DNA of 64,000 bases from positions 87,380 to 151,379 of the forward strand of contig CAKOSH010000002.1 in the NCBI GenBank assembly GCA_934102215.1, in the 5' to 3' direction. How positions within the stretch are numbered: the stretch's first letter is position 1; each line of letters opens with the position of its first letter. The notes under the pieces were generated by a model. It had not been told where the DNA came from and searched no databases. It worked only from the letters and a program-made list of their open reading frames with translations. The translations under genes were made by a program, and so were the position numbers. Positions 1 to 10,161 of the stretch are shown one piece after another. Origin of the DNA: an uncultured Bacilli bacterium. GTDB taxonomy: Bacteria > Bacillota_I > Bacilli_A > RF39 > UBA660.

Positions 1-215
1 ATATATGTTTTATTATAAATATGATAATATATTTAAACTTGCTTTTATATTTGATAATGATGATTCTAAACAAATAGATTTAATTATTAAAGATTATGGT
101 TATGAAATACAAGGAATTAATATTAAAAGTAAAAAATAGTTTACAAAATAATGTAAATTTTTGTCATATTTGTTGTTTGCATTTTGTAAATTAGTTATAT
201 TATTAATGTAGGGAG

Positions 216-425
216 ATGGTAAAAGTGATATATCCTTCAATTGACAGACTACTTAATATTATTGATTCAAAGTATAAACTTGTTCATATTGTTGCAGATA
301 GAGCAAAGGTTATGAAAGAGCATAAACATTTTCAAATGCCAGAGAGTGAATATGTTTCTAAGAAAGAAATAGGTAGAGCATTAGAGGAGATTGATAAAGG
401 ATTAATTGTTGTTAAAGAAAATTAA
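216..425 (+). CDS. rpoZ: DNA-directed RNA polymerase subunit omega
   Basis: 69 aa. PSIDRLLNIIDSKYKLV...ALEEIDKGL matches Firmicutes RpoZ (B. subtilis YloH: PSIDSLMNKLDSKYTLV...ALEEIDAGL). Confidence 0.7.
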   Translation: MVKVIYPSIDRLLNIIDSKYKLVHIVADRAKVMKEHKHFQMPESEYVSKKEIGRALEEIDKGLIVVKEN

Positions 426-503
426 TCTTTTTGTTTGGAAAAATCTAGGACTAGTATTTTTTTTGAAAATGTGGTATATTCTTTATAGCATTTAAACTTT
501 TAT

Positions 504-2174
504 TTGAAGGGACGTGATATTATGAGTAAGATTAATATAATGAGTTTAGGTGGACTTAATGAAAATGGTAAAAATTTATATTTAGTAAGTGTTAATAATA
601 AAATACTTATATTTGATTGTGGTATGAAATATGCTCCTGAAAAGATGTATGGAGTAGATTATGTTATACCTGATTTTACATATTTAGTTGAACATAAAAA
701 AGATATAGTAGGTGTATTTATAAGCCATCCACATAGAGAAAATATGGGAGCACTTACTGATTTAGTAAAAGCAATACCTGATATAAATGTTTATGCTTCA
801 GCATATACTAGTGAAATAATTAAATATGAATGCATGGAAGATAAAGTTGAAATAAAGAATCTACATGTTATTAAAGCACATAGAAAATTAGAATTTAATA
901 AAGATTTTAGTGTATTTCCATTTAACGTAACACATAGTAGTCCTGAAACATTGGGATATTCAGTTAATACTAAAGATGGTGCGATTATATATATGGCTGA
1001 CTTTATTATAGATCCAACTATGAATGGTAATTATGATATGGATTTAGGTAAACTTGCATATATTGGTAAACAAGGAGTACTTTGTTTAATGGCAGAAAGT
1101 GTATTTGCTGAAAAGAAAGGGCATACTTCTCCTAATCATAAACTTGAAGGATTCTTTAAAAAAGTTGTTGATAAAGCAGAAGGTAGAATTATATTTACTG
1201 TTTTACCACTTCATATATATACTATTCAAGAAATATTTAATTCATTAAAAGGCAAAAATAGAAAAGTAGTTATTATGGGAAAAGAACTTCATAGTATAGT
1301 TTCTATATGTGTTAAAAATAAATATTTAGATATTGAAGAAGATATGATTGGTAATTTAACTAATCTTAAAGATGATAATTCAGTAATATTAATAAGTAAT
1401 GATAGAGAGACTCCATATTCTAATATAAATAGAATAATAAATGGTCATGATAAATTTATTAGTTTACTTGAAACTGATACAATTTGTTTTGCTGAACCAA
1501 GTTATGATGCATATGAAAAATTACTTGTTAAAATAATGAATGAACTTGCAATAAAAGGTGTAAATATAGTACCTATTCCTAAAGAAAAGAGTGTACGTCA
1601 TCATGCGTCTAGTGAAGACTTAATGATGCTTATAAAACTATTTAACCCTAAATATTATATGCCTATAAAAGGTGAATATAGATATCAAGTAGAAAATGGT
1701 AATTTAGCATATAAAGTAGGTATACCTAAAGAAAATATATTACTTAAAGAAAATGGTGATATAGTTACTTTTGAAGATGGAAAACTTGTTGATAATTTCG
1801 ATAAAATATTTGTAGATGATATATTAATAGATGGTAATTTTGCTGAAGATGTAGGTGAACTTGTACTTAAAGATAGAGAACTTTTAAGTAATAATGGACT
1901 TGTTGTTATATCAAGTACACTTAGTAAAAAAGATAAAAGTATTGTTATTGAACCAGAAGTTATGACAAGAGGATTTATATATGCCAAAGACAATATGGAT
2001 ATAATTAGTGAAATTAAAAGAATAGCTTTAGAAGTTATTAAAGATAATACTTTTTCAAATAAATATGCTGATTATGTTAAGATAAGAAATGATTTAAGAG
2101 AAAAAGTTGGTGATTATTTATATAAAGAGACTCAATGTAAACCAGTTATATTAACTGTTATACAAGAGTTGTAG
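504..2174 (+). CDS. rnj: Ribonuclease J (metallo-beta-lactamase/beta-CASP family)
   Basis: 556 aa. N-terminus MSLGGLNENGKNLY is typical of RNase J, with beta-lactamase fold motifs. Motif II reads HPHREN instead of the canonical HGHEDH. Confidence 0.8.
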   Translation: MKGRDIMSKINIMSLGGLNENGKNLYLVSVNNKILIFDCGMKYAPEKMYGVDYVIPDFTYLVEHKKDIVGVFISHPHRENMGALTDLVKAIPDINVYASAYTSEIIKYECMEDKVEIKNLHVIKAHRKLEFNKDFSVFPFNVTHSSPETLGYSVNTKDGAIIYMADFIIDPTMNGNYDMDLGKLAYIGKQGVLCLMAESVFAEKKGHTSPNHKLEGFFKKVVDKAEGRIIFTVLPLHIYTIQEIFNSLKGKNRKVVIMGKELHSIVSICVKNKYLDIEEDMIGNLTNLKDDNSVILISNDRETPYSNINRIINGHDKFISLLETDTICFAEPSYDAYEKLLVKIMNELAIKGVNIVPIPKEKSVRHHASSEDLMMLIKLFNPKYYMPIKGEYRYQVENGNLAYKVGIPKENILLKENGDIVTFEDGKLVDNFDKIFVDDILIDGNFAEDVGELVLKDRELLSNNGLVVISSTLSKKDKSIVIEPEVMTRGFIYAKDNMDIISEIKRIALEVIKDNTFSNKYADYVKIRNDLREKVGDYLYKETQCKPVILTVIQEL

Positions 2175-2183
2175 GAGGAAGTT

Positions 2184-3308
2184 ATGATTTATTTAGATTA
2201 CAGTGCGACTACACCTGTTGATGAAAGAGTACTTGATTCTTATTGTAAGGTTACAAGAGAGTTTATAGGAAATGCTAATTCTATTCATACTCTTGGTGTT
2301 AAGTCAAAAGAATTATTATTACAGGCTACTAATCAAATCGCAGAAATACTTAATTGTCATCCTAAAGAATTAATATTTACTAGTGGTGCTAGTGAAAGTA
2401 ATACAACTGCTATAAAAGGAGTGGCATTTAGATATGCTAGAAGAGGTAAACATATAATAACTTCTAAACTTGAACATAAAAGTGTTTTAGAAGTTATGGG
2501 ATATTTAAGTAATATTGGTTATGAAATAGATTTTGTTAATATACTTCCTAATGGACAAATAGATTTAAAACATTTAGGAGAATTAATAAGAGATGATACT
2601 ATACTTGTAAGTATATGTGCAGTTAATAGTGAAACAGGATTTAGACAACCACTTAAAACTATAAGACAAACTATTAATAAAAAGAATCCTAATGTTATAT
2701 TCCATAGTGATTTAACACAAGCACTTGGTAAGACTAAGTTTTATTTAAGTGACCTTGATTTAGCTAGTTTTTCTAGTCATAAGATTTATTCACCAAAAGG
2801 AATTGGAATTTTATATAAAAAAAGAGATTTACAAATAGATACATTAATATATGGTACTACTGAAAATTGTCCATTTAGGGGTGGAACTCCAGCATTACCA
2901 CTTATTGTTTCATTTGCTAAAGGTATGAGACTTGCTAATGATAAATTAGATTCTAATATAAAAAAATGTGAGAAATTAAAAAGTGAATTATTAAAAGGAC
3001 TTTCTAAATATCCTATACAAATAAATTCTAATGATTTATGTGTTCCTCAAATAGTTAACTTTAGTTTACTTAAGATAAAGTCTGAAACATTTGTTCATGC
3101 TCTTGAAAGATATGATGTGTATGTAAGTACAACAACAGCATGTTCTAGTTTAGAAGAAAGTACTGTACTTAAAGCCATTGCTAATGGAGATAAGAGTGTA
3201 TCAACTACATCTATTAGAGTTAGTTTAAGTCATTTAACTACTATGACAGAAATACATGAATTTTTAGAAATATTTGATAAAGTATGGAATGAGTTGTTGT
3301 TAAAATGA
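2184..3308 (+). CDS. Cysteine desulfurase (class V aminotransferase, NifS/NifZ-like)
   Basis: 374 aa. PLP-lysine motif SSHKIYSPKGIG. Lies immediately upstream of thiI, the NifZ-ThiI arrangement of Firmicutes. Confidence 0.75.
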   Translation: MIYLDYSATTPVDERVLDSYCKVTREFIGNANSIHTLGVKSKELLLQATNQIAEILNCHPKELIFTSGASESNTTAIKGVAFRYARRGKHIITSKLEHKSVLEVMGYLSNIGYEIDFVNILPNGQIDLKHLGELIRDDTILVSICAVNSETGFRQPLKTIRQTINKKNPNVIFHSDLTQALGKTKFYLSDLDLASFSSHKIYSPKGIGILYKKRDLQIDTLIYGTTENCPFRGGTPALPLIVSFAKGMRLANDKLDSNIKKCEKLKSELLKGLSKYPIQINSNDLCVPQIVNFSLLKIKSETFVHALERYDVYVSTTTACSSLEESTVLKAIANGDKSVSTTSIRVSLSHLTTMTEIHEFLEIFDKVWNELLLK

Positions 3309-4480
3309 AAAAAGTAATATTAATTAAATATGGTGAACTTACTACTAAAAAAGATAATAGAAAATTCTTTATTAAAACATTAAAGAATAATATTTTTGAT
3401 AAATTAAGTGATTATGATATTGTTGTTACTGATGACTATTATCGTATGTTTATAGAAGTAAATGAAGATGATATTGATTCTATTATCGATAAGCTTAAAT
3501 GTATATTTGGTATACATGAAATAGCTGTTTGTTATAAAGATGAAAATGTAAATGAGGAAGAAATCAAGAAAATATCTTTAATGGTTATGAAGGAAGAAGA
3601 CTTTTGTACGTTTAAAGTGGAAACTAAAAGAAGTGATAAAAGTTTTCCTATTAAGTCAATGGATATGAATAATATTATAGGTTCACTTATTCTTAAGAAT
3701 ATTGAATGTAAAGTAGATGTTCATAATCCTGAAATTATTCTTAATATTGAAATAAGACGTGAAGGTTTTTATGTTTATACAAAAAGTATTAAGTGTTTAG
3801 GTGGATATCCTGTAGGTACTTTAGGTCGCGGGCTTTTAATGCTTAGTGGTGGAATAGATTCTCCAGTTGCTGGATATATGACTATTAAAAGAGGAGTAGA
3901 ATTATATTATTTATATTTTGAAAGTAGACCACACACAAGTATAGAAGCTAGAAATAAAGTAAGAGATCTTGCAAGAAAACTAGAAAAATATAATACTAAT
4001 GGTAAACTTATGGTAATAAATTTTACTAAAATACAAGAAACTATATATAAAAATTTAGATACAACATACTTAATTACAATAATGAGAAGAATGATGTATA
4101 GAATAGCAGAAAGAGTTGCTAAAAAGAATAAATGTTTAGCAATAGTAAATGGAGAAAGTGTAGGGCAAGTAGCAAGTCAAACATTATCAAGTATGATTGC
4201 TGTTAATGATGTTACAAACTATCCAATATTAAGACCACTTTGTTCATTTGATAAACTTGATATAATAGAAATATCAAAGAAAATTGATACATATGATATA
4301 TCAATACTTCCATATGAAGACTGTTGTACAGTTTTTGTACCAAGACATCCTGTTATTAATCCTAATTTAAAACATATTTATAGTGAAGAAGCAAAGATTG
4401 ATTTTGATACTTTAATAAATGAAGCAGTTAATACTATTGAGGTAGTTGATTTAAAAGAAATTAAAAGTGATTTGTTATAA
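3305..4480 (+). CDS. thiI: tRNA 4-thiouridine synthase ThiI
   Basis: 391 aa. THUMP-like N-terminus and PP-loop SGGIDSPVAG. Translationally coupled to the desulfurase. Confidence 0.85.
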   Translation: MKKVILIKYGELTTKKDNRKFFIKTLKNNIFDKLSDYDIVVTDDYYRMFIEVNEDDIDSIIDKLKCIFGIHEIAVCYKDENVNEEEIKKISLMVMKEEDFCTFKVETKRSDKSFPIKSMDMNNIIGSLILKNIECKVDVHNPEIILNIEIRREGFYVYTKSIKCLGGYPVGTLGRGLLMLSGGIDSPVAGYMTIKRGVELYYLYFESRPHTSIEARNKVRDLARKLEKYNTNGKLMVINFTKIQETIYKNLDTTYLITIMRRMMYRIAERVAKKNKCLAIVNGESVGQVASQTLSSMIAVNDVTNYPILRPLCSFDKLDIIEISKKIDTYDISILPYEDCCTVFVPRHPVINPNLKHIYSEEAKIDFDTLINEAVNTIEVVDLKEIKSDLL

Positions 4481-4537
4481 TCACTTTTTAAGTATAAATT
4501 TAACATTAATATACATAATATTTAATGGTGAATAGAT

Positions 4538-4693
4538 ATGCTTATGAATAATAAATTTAGTAAAAGAAATAGTTTACTTTATAAAATGAAATGTATTAAT
4601 ACAAGAAATATGGAATATCAAGAATGTGATAATTTTGAATATGGTAGAATAGAAAAGTACAATGATAAATGTTGTACTCGTAAATGTAAATAG
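4538..4693 (+). CDS. Small cysteine-rich hypothetical peptide (51 aa), not in the ORF track
   Basis: Hand translation gives MLMNNKFSKRNSLLYKMKCINTRNMEYQECDNFEYGRIEKYNDKCCTRKCK. Six Cys in 51 aa in a Cys-poor genome. Weak GGTGA RBS 7 nt upstream. May be spurious. Confidence 0.2.
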   Translation: MLMNNKFSKRNSLLYKMKCINTRNMEYQECDNFEYGRIEKYNDKCCTRKCK

Positions 4694-4903
4694 TCAAATG
4701 ACTATTTTTTTCTGCATTAAAAATGAGATTGATTTTGGTATAGATATCTTTATTATAAATACTACCATAAACACCTACAATGATCATTCTATATCATATT
4801 TGATACGTCAATTATTAGTCATATATATTATTTATGTAAAAATCACAAAAAAGTAGTGTTTTATTATTTTATCGCTTATATAAATACTAGGAGATAATAT
4901 AAT

Positions 4904-5557
4904 ATGGAGTATGATTTAAATTTTCTTAAAAATGATAATGTAATAAATATAACTAAAATTAAGAACTTTGTTATAGATGAATTAATTACCATTATTAATT
5001 ATGATAATGTAATTATGAATTATTTGGTAAAAGAAGATAATGATGCAACGGTAAAATATGAAGATATTACAGAAAAATGGTTGGGTTTAAAACTAAGTAA
5101 TTTTCCTATGATAAAAAAATACGAAATGAATGACTATTTCAATTATAAAAATAAAAAATATAAATATGATGGACACTTTATTAAATATAGTTTTGATGAA
5201 GGAGAAGAAGAATTTGCAAAATGGTTGTCAAAATTGACTGATAAGCAAATAACTTTAATGCCTAAAATAAATTATCCTTTAAGTGTGAGAGTGCCAGATT
5301 ATAGAATAGGTAATAAATATTATGATTTAAAAACAATTTATGGTAATGATAAGCAAATAATTTATCATAAAATTCGAGGAAATAGTAACCAATCAAAAAG
5401 ATTTATTTTTGATATTTCTGAAAAAAGTTTATTGACATTAGAGGAATTATTACAACAATTAAATAAAATATTTAGTAGTTTTAATACTGATGTAAACTGG
5501 GTAGAAATGATAGGTATAAGATATAATGATAAGTTTATGATGTTTAAAAGAAAATAA
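4904..5557 (+). CDS. Hypothetical protein
   Basis: 217-aa ORF with an AGGAG RBS. No recognisable motif. Confidence 0.4.
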   Translation: MEYDLNFLKNDNVINITKIKNFVIDELITIINYDNVIMNYLVKEDNDATVKYEDITEKWLGLKLSNFPMIKKYEMNDYFNYKNKKYKYDGHFIKYSFDEGEEEFAKWLSKLTDKQITLMPKINYPLSVRVPDYRIGNKYYDLKTIYGNDKQIIYHKIRGNSNQSKRFIFDISEKSLLTLEELLQQLNKIFSSFNTDVNWVEMIGIRYNDKFMMFKRK

Positions 5558-5561
5558 AAAA

Positions 5562-5606
5562 TTGGCTAACCCCCGCGGAATTTCGCAAGGATTGCCAATT
5601 TCTTAT
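5562..5606 (+). terminator. Rho-independent terminator-like hairpin (AATTGGCTAACC...GGATTGCCAATT)
   Basis: Inverted repeat with an unusually GC-rich core (CCCCCGCGG) directly after the stop codon, followed by TTTCTT. Confidence 0.4.
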
Positions 5607-5758
5607 GCTTAAATTCTAACATTATATTCTATGTTTTGTCAATGAAAACATTAAACATTTTGAAATATTTATTGTATCAATTTTTCTTTTATGATATTTT
5701 TCTTTAACTTTTAACTTTTATTTGTTATAATATTTACGAAAAGAAGGGAAAAGTAATT

Positions 5759-6952
5759 ATGAAAATATTATGTGTAAATGCTGGTAGTTCTTCTTTAAAA
5801 TTTCAATTAGTTGAAATGCCAGAGGAAAAATTAATAATAAGTGGTTATATTGAAAAGATTGGACTAAAAGATAGTTTTTGGACAACTAAAGTAAATGGTG
5901 AAAAAATTAAAGGTGAAAGATACTTAAAGAATCATAAAGAGGCTGCTGAAGTTTTAATAGAAGAATTATTAAAACATAAAGCTGTAGAATCTTTAGATGA
6001 AATTAAAGGTGTAGGACATAGAGTTTTACATGGTGGTGAAAAATATAGTGATTCAGTTATTATTACTGATGAAGTAATTCAAGATATTAAGGATTTAACT
6101 AAATTAGGTCCACTTCATCATCCAGGAAACTTAGCTGGAATTGAAGCAATGCAAAAAGCATTACCAGGTGTACCAATGGTTGCTGTATATGATACTGCAT
6201 TCCATCAAACAATGCCTAAAGTAAACTATATGTATCCAGTACCAATGGAATGGTATACAAAATATGGTGTTCGTAAATATGGATTTCATGGAACAAGTCA
6301 TAAATATATAACATTAAAAATGAAAGAAAAATTAGGTAAAGATGATGTTAATCTAATTATTTGTCATATTGGTAGTGGTGCTTCAATTAGTGCGATTAAA
6401 GATGGAAAATGCTATGATACAAGTATGGGAATTACTCCACTTGATGGACTTATGATGGGAACAAGAAGTGGTGCAATAGATCCATCTATCTTAGAATATG
6501 TAAGTAAAGAGTCAGGAGAAAGTCTTGAAGATTTAACAAATGATTTAAATAAGAAGAGTGGACTTCTTGGAATTTCAGGATACTCTGATAGCCGTGATGT
6601 TGAAGCTGCAAGAGATGCAGGAGATAAAAATGCTACTTTAGCATTAGATATGTATAATGATAGAATAGCTAAATACATTGCTGAATACTATATTAAACTA
6701 GATGGTAAAGTTGATGCTTTAGTATTTACAGCTGGTGTAGGTGAAAATGGTATTGAAGCAAGAAAAGAGATTCTTAGAAGACTTAATGCTTTAGGAATTA
6801 AAGTTGATGAAGAAAAGAATAGCAAAATTGCTAGTTATAAGAATGAAAACGAAGGAATTATTTCAAGTGATGAATCAAGTGTTCCAGTATATGTTCTTCC
6901 AACTAATGAAGAAATTATGATTATTAAAGATACTTATAATTTAGTAAAATAG
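5759..6952 (+). CDS. ackA: Acetate kinase
   Basis: 397 aa. N-terminus ILCVNAGSSSLKFQL and the full-length ASKHA fold are canonical AckA. Confidence 0.9.
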   Translation: MKILCVNAGSSSLKFQLVEMPEEKLIISGYIEKIGLKDSFWTTKVNGEKIKGERYLKNHKEAAEVLIEELLKHKAVESLDEIKGVGHRVLHGGEKYSDSVIITDEVIQDIKDLTKLGPLHHPGNLAGIEAMQKALPGVPMVAVYDTAFHQTMPKVNYMYPVPMEWYTKYGVRKYGFHGTSHKYITLKMKEKLGKDDVNLIICHIGSGASISAIKDGKCYDTSMGITPLDGLMMGTRSGAIDPSILEYVSKESGESLEDLTNDLNKKSGLLGISGYSDSRDVEAARDAGDKNATLALDMYNDRIAKYIAEYYIKLDGKVDALVFTAGVGENGIEARKEILRRLNALGIKVDEEKNSKIASYKNENEGIISSDESSVPVYVLPTNEEIMIIKDTYNLVK

Positions 6953-6966
6953 AAAAGAGATATTTA

Positions 6967-7926
6967 ATGAGTGATATATATAAATCAATATATAGTGAGG
7001 TAAAAAAATATAAAAGGATCTATATTGCAAGACATATAGGTCCTGATCCAGATGCTTTTGGAAGTCAAATGGCATTAAAAGAATCAATAAAAATTACATT
7101 TCCATCAAAAGAAGTTTATGCAGTTGGAACAACAGTATCAAGATTTAAATATTTTGGTAAAGTTGATAAAGTAACTGATTATGATTATGATAATGCACTA
7201 CTAATAGTTGTAGATACTCCTGATAATAGAAGAGTAGATATAGATAATTTCTTATCATTTAAAAATATTGTTAAGATAGACCATCATCCAAAAGTAGACA
7301 CATTTGGTAAAGTTGAACTTATTGATGACACAGCTAGTTCTGCTAGTGAACTTGTTCTTGAGTTAATAAATAATACAAAATTAAAAATGAATGAAAGTAT
7401 TGCTAATAATCTATTTATTGGAATAGTAAGTGATACTAATAGATTTTTGTTTAGTACGAGTGATAAAACATTTAAACTTATAAGTGAACTTGTTCATAAA
7501 AATAAACTTGATATAGAAAAATTATATAGACAAGTTTACAGTAAACCTTTAAGTGAAGTAAGACTCATGGGATATATAGCATCATCATTAAAAGTAGATA
7601 AATATGGATTTGCTTATATTGAAATAGAAGAAGATGTTATTAATTCATTTGGTGCTGATATAAGTTCTGCATCAAATATGATTAATGACTTCAATAATAT
7701 AAATGAAGTATTAGTATGGGTATTTGTATCTCATGATACTAAAAATAATATGTATAGAGTTAATATAAGAAGTAGAGGGCCAATTATAAATGAGATTGCT
7801 AGTAAATATAGTGGTGGAGGCCATAAATATGCTAGTGGTGTTCGTACTGAATCTCATGAAGTAATTGAAAACTTATTAAATGATTTAAAAAATCTATGTA
7901 AAGAATATAGTGAAAAGGAGAAATAG
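6967..7926 (+). CDS. nrnA: DHH/DHHA1 family phosphoesterase (nanoRNase/pAp phosphatase NrnA-like)
   Basis: 319 aa. HIGPDPDAFGS and DHH motifs, with a GGGH DHHA1 motif near the C-terminus. Confidence 0.7.
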   Translation: MSDIYKSIYSEVKKYKRIYIARHIGPDPDAFGSQMALKESIKITFPSKEVYAVGTTVSRFKYFGKVDKVTDYDYDNALLIVVDTPDNRRVDIDNFLSFKNIVKIDHHPKVDTFGKVELIDDTASSASELVLELINNTKLKMNESIANNLFIGIVSDTNRFLFSTSDKTFKLISELVHKNKLDIEKLYRQVYSKPLSEVRLMGYIASSLKVDKYGFAYIEIEEDVINSFGADISSASNMINDFNNINEVLVWVFVSHDTKNNMYRVNIRSRGPIINEIASKYSGGGHKYASGVRTESHEVIENLLNDLKNLCKEYSEKEK

Positions 7927-7927
7927 T

Positions 7928-8536
7928 ATGGAAGTATTAAATGTTGAAGAGCCTGTTATTGCTGTTAGAGTTTCACAATATCCAGAAGATAAAAAGAATG
8001 AATTTTTATGTTTAGGAAGAAGTAATGTAGGAAAAAGTAGTTTCATAAATACTATTGTTAATAGAAAAAATATAGCAAGAACTAGTTCTAAGCCTGGTAA
8101 AACTACAACATTAAATTTTTATCAAGTAAATAAAGAATTTTATATTGTTGATGTTCCAGGATATGGTTATGCTGCTACTAATAAAAAACAAATAGAAAAA
8201 TTTGGTATAATGATAGAAGAATATTTAAAAACAAGGCAATACTTAAAGCATGTATTTCTTCTAGTTGATTATAGACATAAACCTACAGAAGATGATGTTC
8301 TTATGTATAAATTCTTAAAGTATTATAATTTGCCTGTTACGATAGTGGCTACTAAATATGACAAAGTTAATAGGTCACTTAGAGAAAAGCAAGATGAAGT
8401 TATTAAAAAGACATTAAGTCCTGCTTTAGGTGATGAAATAATTAACTTTTCAAGTGTTACTAAAGTTGGTAAAGAAAGAATTTATGAGATAATTGAAAGT
8501 TATTTCGAAAATGATAAAAAAGATATTGAAAAATAA
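7928..8536 (+). CDS. engB: Ribosome biogenesis GTP-binding protein EngB/YsxC
   Basis: GRSNVGKSSFINTI G1 motif plus DVPGYG. Start moved to the ATG at 7928, which has an AAAGGAGA RBS. Confidence 0.8.
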   Translation: MEVLNVEEPVIAVRVSQYPEDKKNEFLCLGRSNVGKSSFINTIVNRKNIARTSSKPGKTTTLNFYQVNKEFYIVDVPGYGYAATNKKQIEKFGIMIEEYLKTRQYLKHVFLLVDYRHKPTEDDVLMYKFLKYYNLPVTIVATKYDKVNRSLREKQDEVIKKTLSPALGDEIINFSSVTKVGKERIYEIIESYFENDKKDIEK

Positions 8537-8579
8537 TATCTTTTTTTATATAATGGTATTAAGAATAGAGGTTGAGTTT

Positions 8580-9317
8580 ATGAATAAAAAAGGTTTTTCA
8601 TTGTCTGAGTTATTAGTTGTTATAGCAATTATTGCTGTTATTACCATAATAGCTGTTCCAAGTATTATAACAATTAATAAAAATATTAATAAGAGAATGT
8701 ATAAGGAAAAGCAAGAAAAAATAGTTGCTGCTGCTGAATTATATGCAACAAATAATCCGGATATTTTTAATGGTAAAGAGGTAATTCAAATTCCTGTTTC
8801 TGATTTATTAAAAAATGATTATTTAAAACAAGATGTTTCAGTTGGTGATTCAAGTTGTAAGGATAATAGTGAAACTGGAAGTAATGGTGCTGATGGTTGC
8901 GTTGTTAATCCAGTAGATAATAAATCACTTAATAATAAACTTGTTACTATTAGAAAGAAATCAATTGGTGTTATTGCTGAATTTGGTGGTAATGGAGATG
9001 AGAAAACTATTGAAGGTGATACATTAGTTGAACAAGTTTGTGATAGTATTAGACAAGGTGTTATATTAGGTAAATGGGGTACAGGTGAAAATGATACTTG
9101 TGAGTGTCAATATGATAGTACTGGTAAAGTAATTGGTATTTTTAAGAAAGGTACTAATGAAGCAGTTGATGCTTGTATAATTGCTGGTTCTGATCCTAAT
9201 AACTGGTTAAAATATGATGGAGTAGAATGGAGAGTTTTAGGTTTATATAACATTCATAATGATGGAACTAGATTATCTGCTAAAATGATTACTCATCAAA
9301 CAGTAGATGTACAATAA
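8580..9317 (+). CDS. Prepilin-type N-terminal cleavage/methylation domain protein (type IV pilin/pseudopilin-like)
   Basis: Class III signal MNKKGFSLSELLVVIAIIAVI, with G/F cleavage and Glu at +5. C-terminal domain has 6 Cys. Start at the ATG at 8580 with an AGAGG RBS. Confidence 0.65.
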   Translation: MNKKGFSLSELLVVIAIIAVITIIAVPSIITINKNINKRMYKEKQEKIVAAAELYATNNPDIFNGKEVIQIPVSDLLKNDYLKQDVSVGDSSCKDNSETGSNGADGCVVNPVDNKSLNNKLVTIRKKSIGVIAEFGGNGDEKTIEGDTLVEQVCDSIRQGVILGKWGTGENDTCECQYDSTGKVIGIFKKGTNEAVDACIIAGSDPNNWLKYDGVEWRVLGLYNIHNDGTRLSAKMITHQTVDVQ

Positions 9318-9330
9318 CATTAAATAGTAA

Positions 9331-9358
9331 AAGTATTAGAAATAATACTTTTTATTTT
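9331..9358 (+). terminator. Rho-independent terminator
   Basis: Hairpin AAGTATTA-GAAA-TAATACTT followed by TTTATTTT. Confidence 0.5.
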
Positions 9359-9396
9359 GTCATTAATATAGTATAATCATTGTAGGAGAATTAACT

Positions 9397-10161
9397 ATGA
9401 GGGATTACTTTAAATACAGATTTGGTGAAGATATAGAATTTAATATTAAAGATGGAGAATTTGTTTCTATAATAGGTAACAATAATGATTTACTTGTTCA
9501 TACTCTTTTATTTGGAAATAAAAAAGCAAATATATTTCTTGGAGATATAGAACTTAATAAAATAAATATGGGAAAAGCAAGAAGAAGAATGAATTATGTA
9601 CTTTATAAAGATTTAGATATCTTCGTAGCAGAAACTGTTATGGATGAAATAGCATTTGGTCTTGAAAGTCTTGCGATGAGTAAAAATGATATAAAAGAAA
9701 AAATAGAATCAATGGCTAAAAGATTTAAAATGACTGATTTACTTAATAAAGATCCAAATAGTTTAGGATGTAGTGATAAAATTAAAATGAAAATCATGTC
9801 ATCATTAATAATAAGGCCTAAAGTATTTGTTATAGATAATATATTATCACTACTTGATTACAATGATAAAATATTAGTATTTGATATATTAAAAGAATTT
9901 TGTAAAGATACAGGTATTGTTATTAACTTTACTAATGATATTGAAGAAACTATGTATGGTGAAAAAATAATAATCATATATGATAAAAAACTTATATGTG
10001 AAGGTAAGACACTTAGTGTTTTAAATGAAGAAAAGATTCTTAAAAGACTTGGTCTTGGTTTACCATTTATTGTTGAACTTAATAAGTACTTAATGGATTA
10101 TAAATTAATTGATAAATATTATCTTACAAATAAGAAGTTAGTAGGTGCGATATGGAAATAA
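9397..10161 (+). CDS. ecfA1: ECF transporter ATPase component EcfA1-like with a degenerate nucleotide-binding site
   Basis: ABC-ATPase fold at the conserved ecfA-ecfA'-ecfT-truA position. The Walker A region reads IIGNNNDLLVHTL with no GK[ST]. The signature is LGCSDK and Walker B is VFVIDN. Confidence 0.6.
   Translation: MRDYFKYRFGEDIEFNIKDGEFVSIIGNNNDLLVHTLLFGNKKANIFLGDIELNKINMGKARRRMNYVLYKDLDIFVAETVMDEIAFGLESLAMSKNDIKEKIESMAKRFKMTDLLNKDPNSLGCSDKIKMKIMSSLIIRPKVFVIDNILSLLDYNDKILVFDILKEFCKDTGIVINFTNDIEETMYGEKIIIIYDKKLICEGKTLSVLNEEKILKRLGLGLPFIVELNKYLMDYKLIDKYYLTNKKLVGAIWK

Noticed and set aside
1685-1993. Antisense ORFs inside strongly supported genes (1685-1993 -, 6412-6678 -, 9603-9797 -, 23375-23674 -, 41370-41612 -, 44604-44846 -, 52498-52938 -, 55637-55822 - and similar)
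   Set aside because: Each lies entirely within a confidently identified housekeeping CDS on the other strand. They have Ser/Leu/Ile-rich low-complexity translations typical of reverse-frame artefacts in AT-rich DNA, and none has an RBS.
4596-4856. Overlapping 63-64 aa ORFs in the thiI-downstream AT-rich intergenic region
   Set aside because: They overlap each other on opposite strands, lack an RBS, and their translations are I/N/Y-rich AT-driven strings. Only the short Cys-rich frame at 4538-4693 seemed worth flagging.
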